This document shows positions 15,899 through 17,334 of a DNA stretch of 17,334 bases, one piece after another; positions within the stretch are counted from its first letter, which is position 1, and each line of letters opens with the position of its first letter. Below the pieces are notes generated by a model that ran no database searches, had not been told where the DNA came from, and saw only the letters and a program-made list of their open reading frames with translations. Location: positions 1 to 17,334 of the forward strand of contig JAWOBF010000101.1 of assembly GCA_046498225.1 (NCBI GenBank), given 5' to 3'. The DNA comes from Candidatus Aegiribacteria sp. GTDB taxonomy: Bacteria; Fermentibacterota; Fermentibacteria; Fermentibacterales; JCC-6. Position numbers and translations under genes: made by a program.

Positions 15899-16519
15899 AT
15901 GGAAGCCGAAGAACCCTCTCAGTTCAGGGACAATCCGCCGGGAGTAACCTCAAAACTGGCCGAAGCCTCGGTGGGAATAGCCGGGGTAGGGGGCATAGGT
16001 TCCAATGCCGCCGTTATCCTGGCCAGGGCCGGGGTGGGCAGACTGGTCCTGGTGGACCACGACTCCGTTGAGCTTCCGAACCTGAACCGCCAGTTCTATT
16101 TCCACGGTCAGATAGGTTATCCCAAGGTAGACGCGCTCAGGCAGACCCTTCATCAGGTCAATCCCGATATTACCCTGGAAACTCACTGCAGGATGCTTGA
16201 CCGGCGGAACGCCTGCGAGCTTTTTCAGGACTGCGACCCCCTGGTGGAGGCTGTGGACGGCGAGGAGACGAAGGTCCTTCTGCTGGAAACCTGGATGAGC
16301 GGCCTTCCCGGCAGGCACGTGTTCTCCTGCTCGGGCATAGCCGGCCACGGCGATACCGATCTCATAAGGGTGGACCGCAGGAAGATGCTGACCATAGTGG
16401 GAGACCAGGCCAGCTCCCTGTCCCGCGGGACCCTCTCCTCCCGTGTGGCCATAGTGGCCGGCATGATGGCCAACGAGATAATCGAGTACATTATCGGAAA
16501 GGACTGTCCGGTTCACTAA
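15899..16519 (+). CDS. thiF: ThiF/MoeB-family sulfur-carrier adenylyltransferase (E1-like), about 206 aa
   Basis: VGIAGVGGIGS, LARAGVGRLVLVDHD.VE.PNLNRQ, G.PKV and VEAVD. Start ATG 15899 is preferred over 15830, whose extension lies on the divergent promoter region. Confidence 0.85.
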   Translation: MEAEEPSQFRDNPPGVTSKLAEASVGIAGVGGIGSNAAVILARAGVGRLVLVDHDSVELPNLNRQFYFHGQIGYPKVDALRQTLHQVNPDITLETHCRMLDRRNACELFQDCDPLVEAVDGEETKVLLLETWMSGLPGRHVFSCSGIAGHGDTDLIRVDRRKMLTIVGDQASSLSRGTLSSRVAIVAGMMANEIIEYIIGKDCPVH

Positions 16520-16545
16520 GGGATCCGCCGGCGGATTGCGTCTAT

Positions 16546-16699
16546 GGGGACGGAGGGTTTTTATTCGTAATAAGCAAATAATTAGGACAAATAGAAGTTT
16601 CTAGATTAACAAATCTTAATCGAAGTTAAAGATTATTTCATGATGGGTCTAGATATAGCCTTTTTATTGTCCTACATAAAATTAAAACCCTCCGTCCCC
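16546..16699. mobile_element. 154-bp non-coding AT-rich element with perfect 16-bp terminal inverted repeats (MITE/REP-like long imperfect palindrome)
   Basis: GGGGACGGAGGGTTTT (16546-16561) and AAAACCCTCCGTCCCC (16684-16699). Nested inner inverted pairs: TAGGACAA/TTGTCCTA, TCTAGA/TCTAGA and AATCTT/AAGATT. Confidence 0.6.
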
Positions 16700-16707
16700 T
16701 CACCGCT

Positions 16708-17334
16708 CTACAGCGGAACCGCTGTGAATACCAGTTCACCGGCACCTACCGGTTCTCCGTTGTATCCTCCCGACAGTGATTCAACGGCGAAACCGGATCT
16801 GTACAGAAGGTGCTCCGCCTCGTATCGGAATATGTACCTCATAATGAACTCCTGAATGAACCTCTCCCGTTTTCCGTTGCTGTGTTCCACGCTGAATATC
16901 ATCTCGCAGTGCACTATCTGGTTCACGGTATCCACCGACGGATTGCGGTAGCTTACCGTAACGGTCCTGCCGTGGCCGGCGCTGAAGGGCTCTTCGTCGC
17001 CGAATTCCACCGCCCTTCCGGAATCGGTGAGTATGTCCAGGTCGGGGTCGAATATATCGAGAACGAAAACCCCGCCGGGGGCCAGGTGTTTTCTTATGGA
17101 GGCAAGGGTCGAGAGCTGCTCTTCCACCGTTGCCAGATGCTGGAACGAGCGGAATGGCGCCGTGATGAGAGAGAACTTTCTTCCAAGGTCGAAGGATGTC
17201 ATATCGCCATGAACCAGTTCGACCCTTTCGGCTGTATCCGCCTGCTCCTTCCGCAGGAGCTTCCTGCAGTAGCGAAGCATGTCCCTGGAAATGTCCATCC
17301 CTGTGATGGCCGCTCCGGCTGCCGCCGACGGAAT
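16708..17334 (-). CDS. Class I SAM-dependent methyltransferase, 5'-truncated by the window edge
   Basis: The frame is open to the window end (IPSAAAGAAITGMDISRDML), then VELVHGDMTSFDLGRKFSLI, SFQHL and HLAPGGVFVLD. Confidence 0.88.
   Translation of the reverse strand: MPSAAAGAAITGMDISRDMLRYCRKLLRKEQADTAERVELVHGDMTSFDLGRKFSLITAPFRSFQHLATVEEQLSTLASIRKHLAPGGVFVLDIFDPDLDILTDSGRAVEFGDEEPFSAGHGRTVTVSYRNPSVDTVNQIVHCEMIFSVEHSNGKRERFIQEFIMRYIFRYEAEHLLYRSGFAVESLSGGYNGEPVGAGELVFTAVPL

Noticed and set aside
16523..16536. Perfect 14-bp palindrome ATCCGCCGGCGGAT after the thiF stop
   Set aside because: It is a single short GC-rich copy without a U-tract, too little to call a terminator or REP.
16640..16855. 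71-aa + strand ORF
   Set aside because: It starts inside the palindromic element and runs antisense to the methyltransferase, with no coding evidence.
1..17334. CRISPR arrays, tRNA/rRNA genes, transposases, integrases
   Set aside because: I saw no regularly spaced direct repeats, RNA gene signatures or recombinase motifs.

Overview
GC-rich bacterial window, probably from an anaerobe. An FCB-group affiliation is only an inference from one secreted protein with a T9SS-type C-terminal domain. The window is mostly a tungsten/molybdopterin island. On the + strand: a secreted Asp-box/BNR beta-propeller protein whose reading frame runs through an in-frame UGA (1489-1491) followed by a SECIS-like hairpin, making it a candidate novel selenoprotein; a 4x[4Fe-4S] subunit, a divergent AOR-family oxidoreductase and a GHMP kinase; and a cofactor operon (MobB-like P-loop::ModE-HTH regulator that apparently starts at AUA behind a ModE-type operator, then moeA, moaA, moaC and MOSC::mogA). 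Converging on it from the - strand is an operon in which an AOR is split in two: a stand-alone AOR N-terminal domain, HydC/NuoE-like and HydB/NuoF-like subunits, a HydA/NuoG-type FeS module fused to AOR domains 2-3, and a ThiS/MoaD-like sulfur carrier. This suggests an electron-bifurcating tungsten oxidoreductase of unusual architecture. The window ends with a divergent ThiF-like gene, a 154-bp AT-rich palindromic MITE-like element and a partial SAM methyltransferase.
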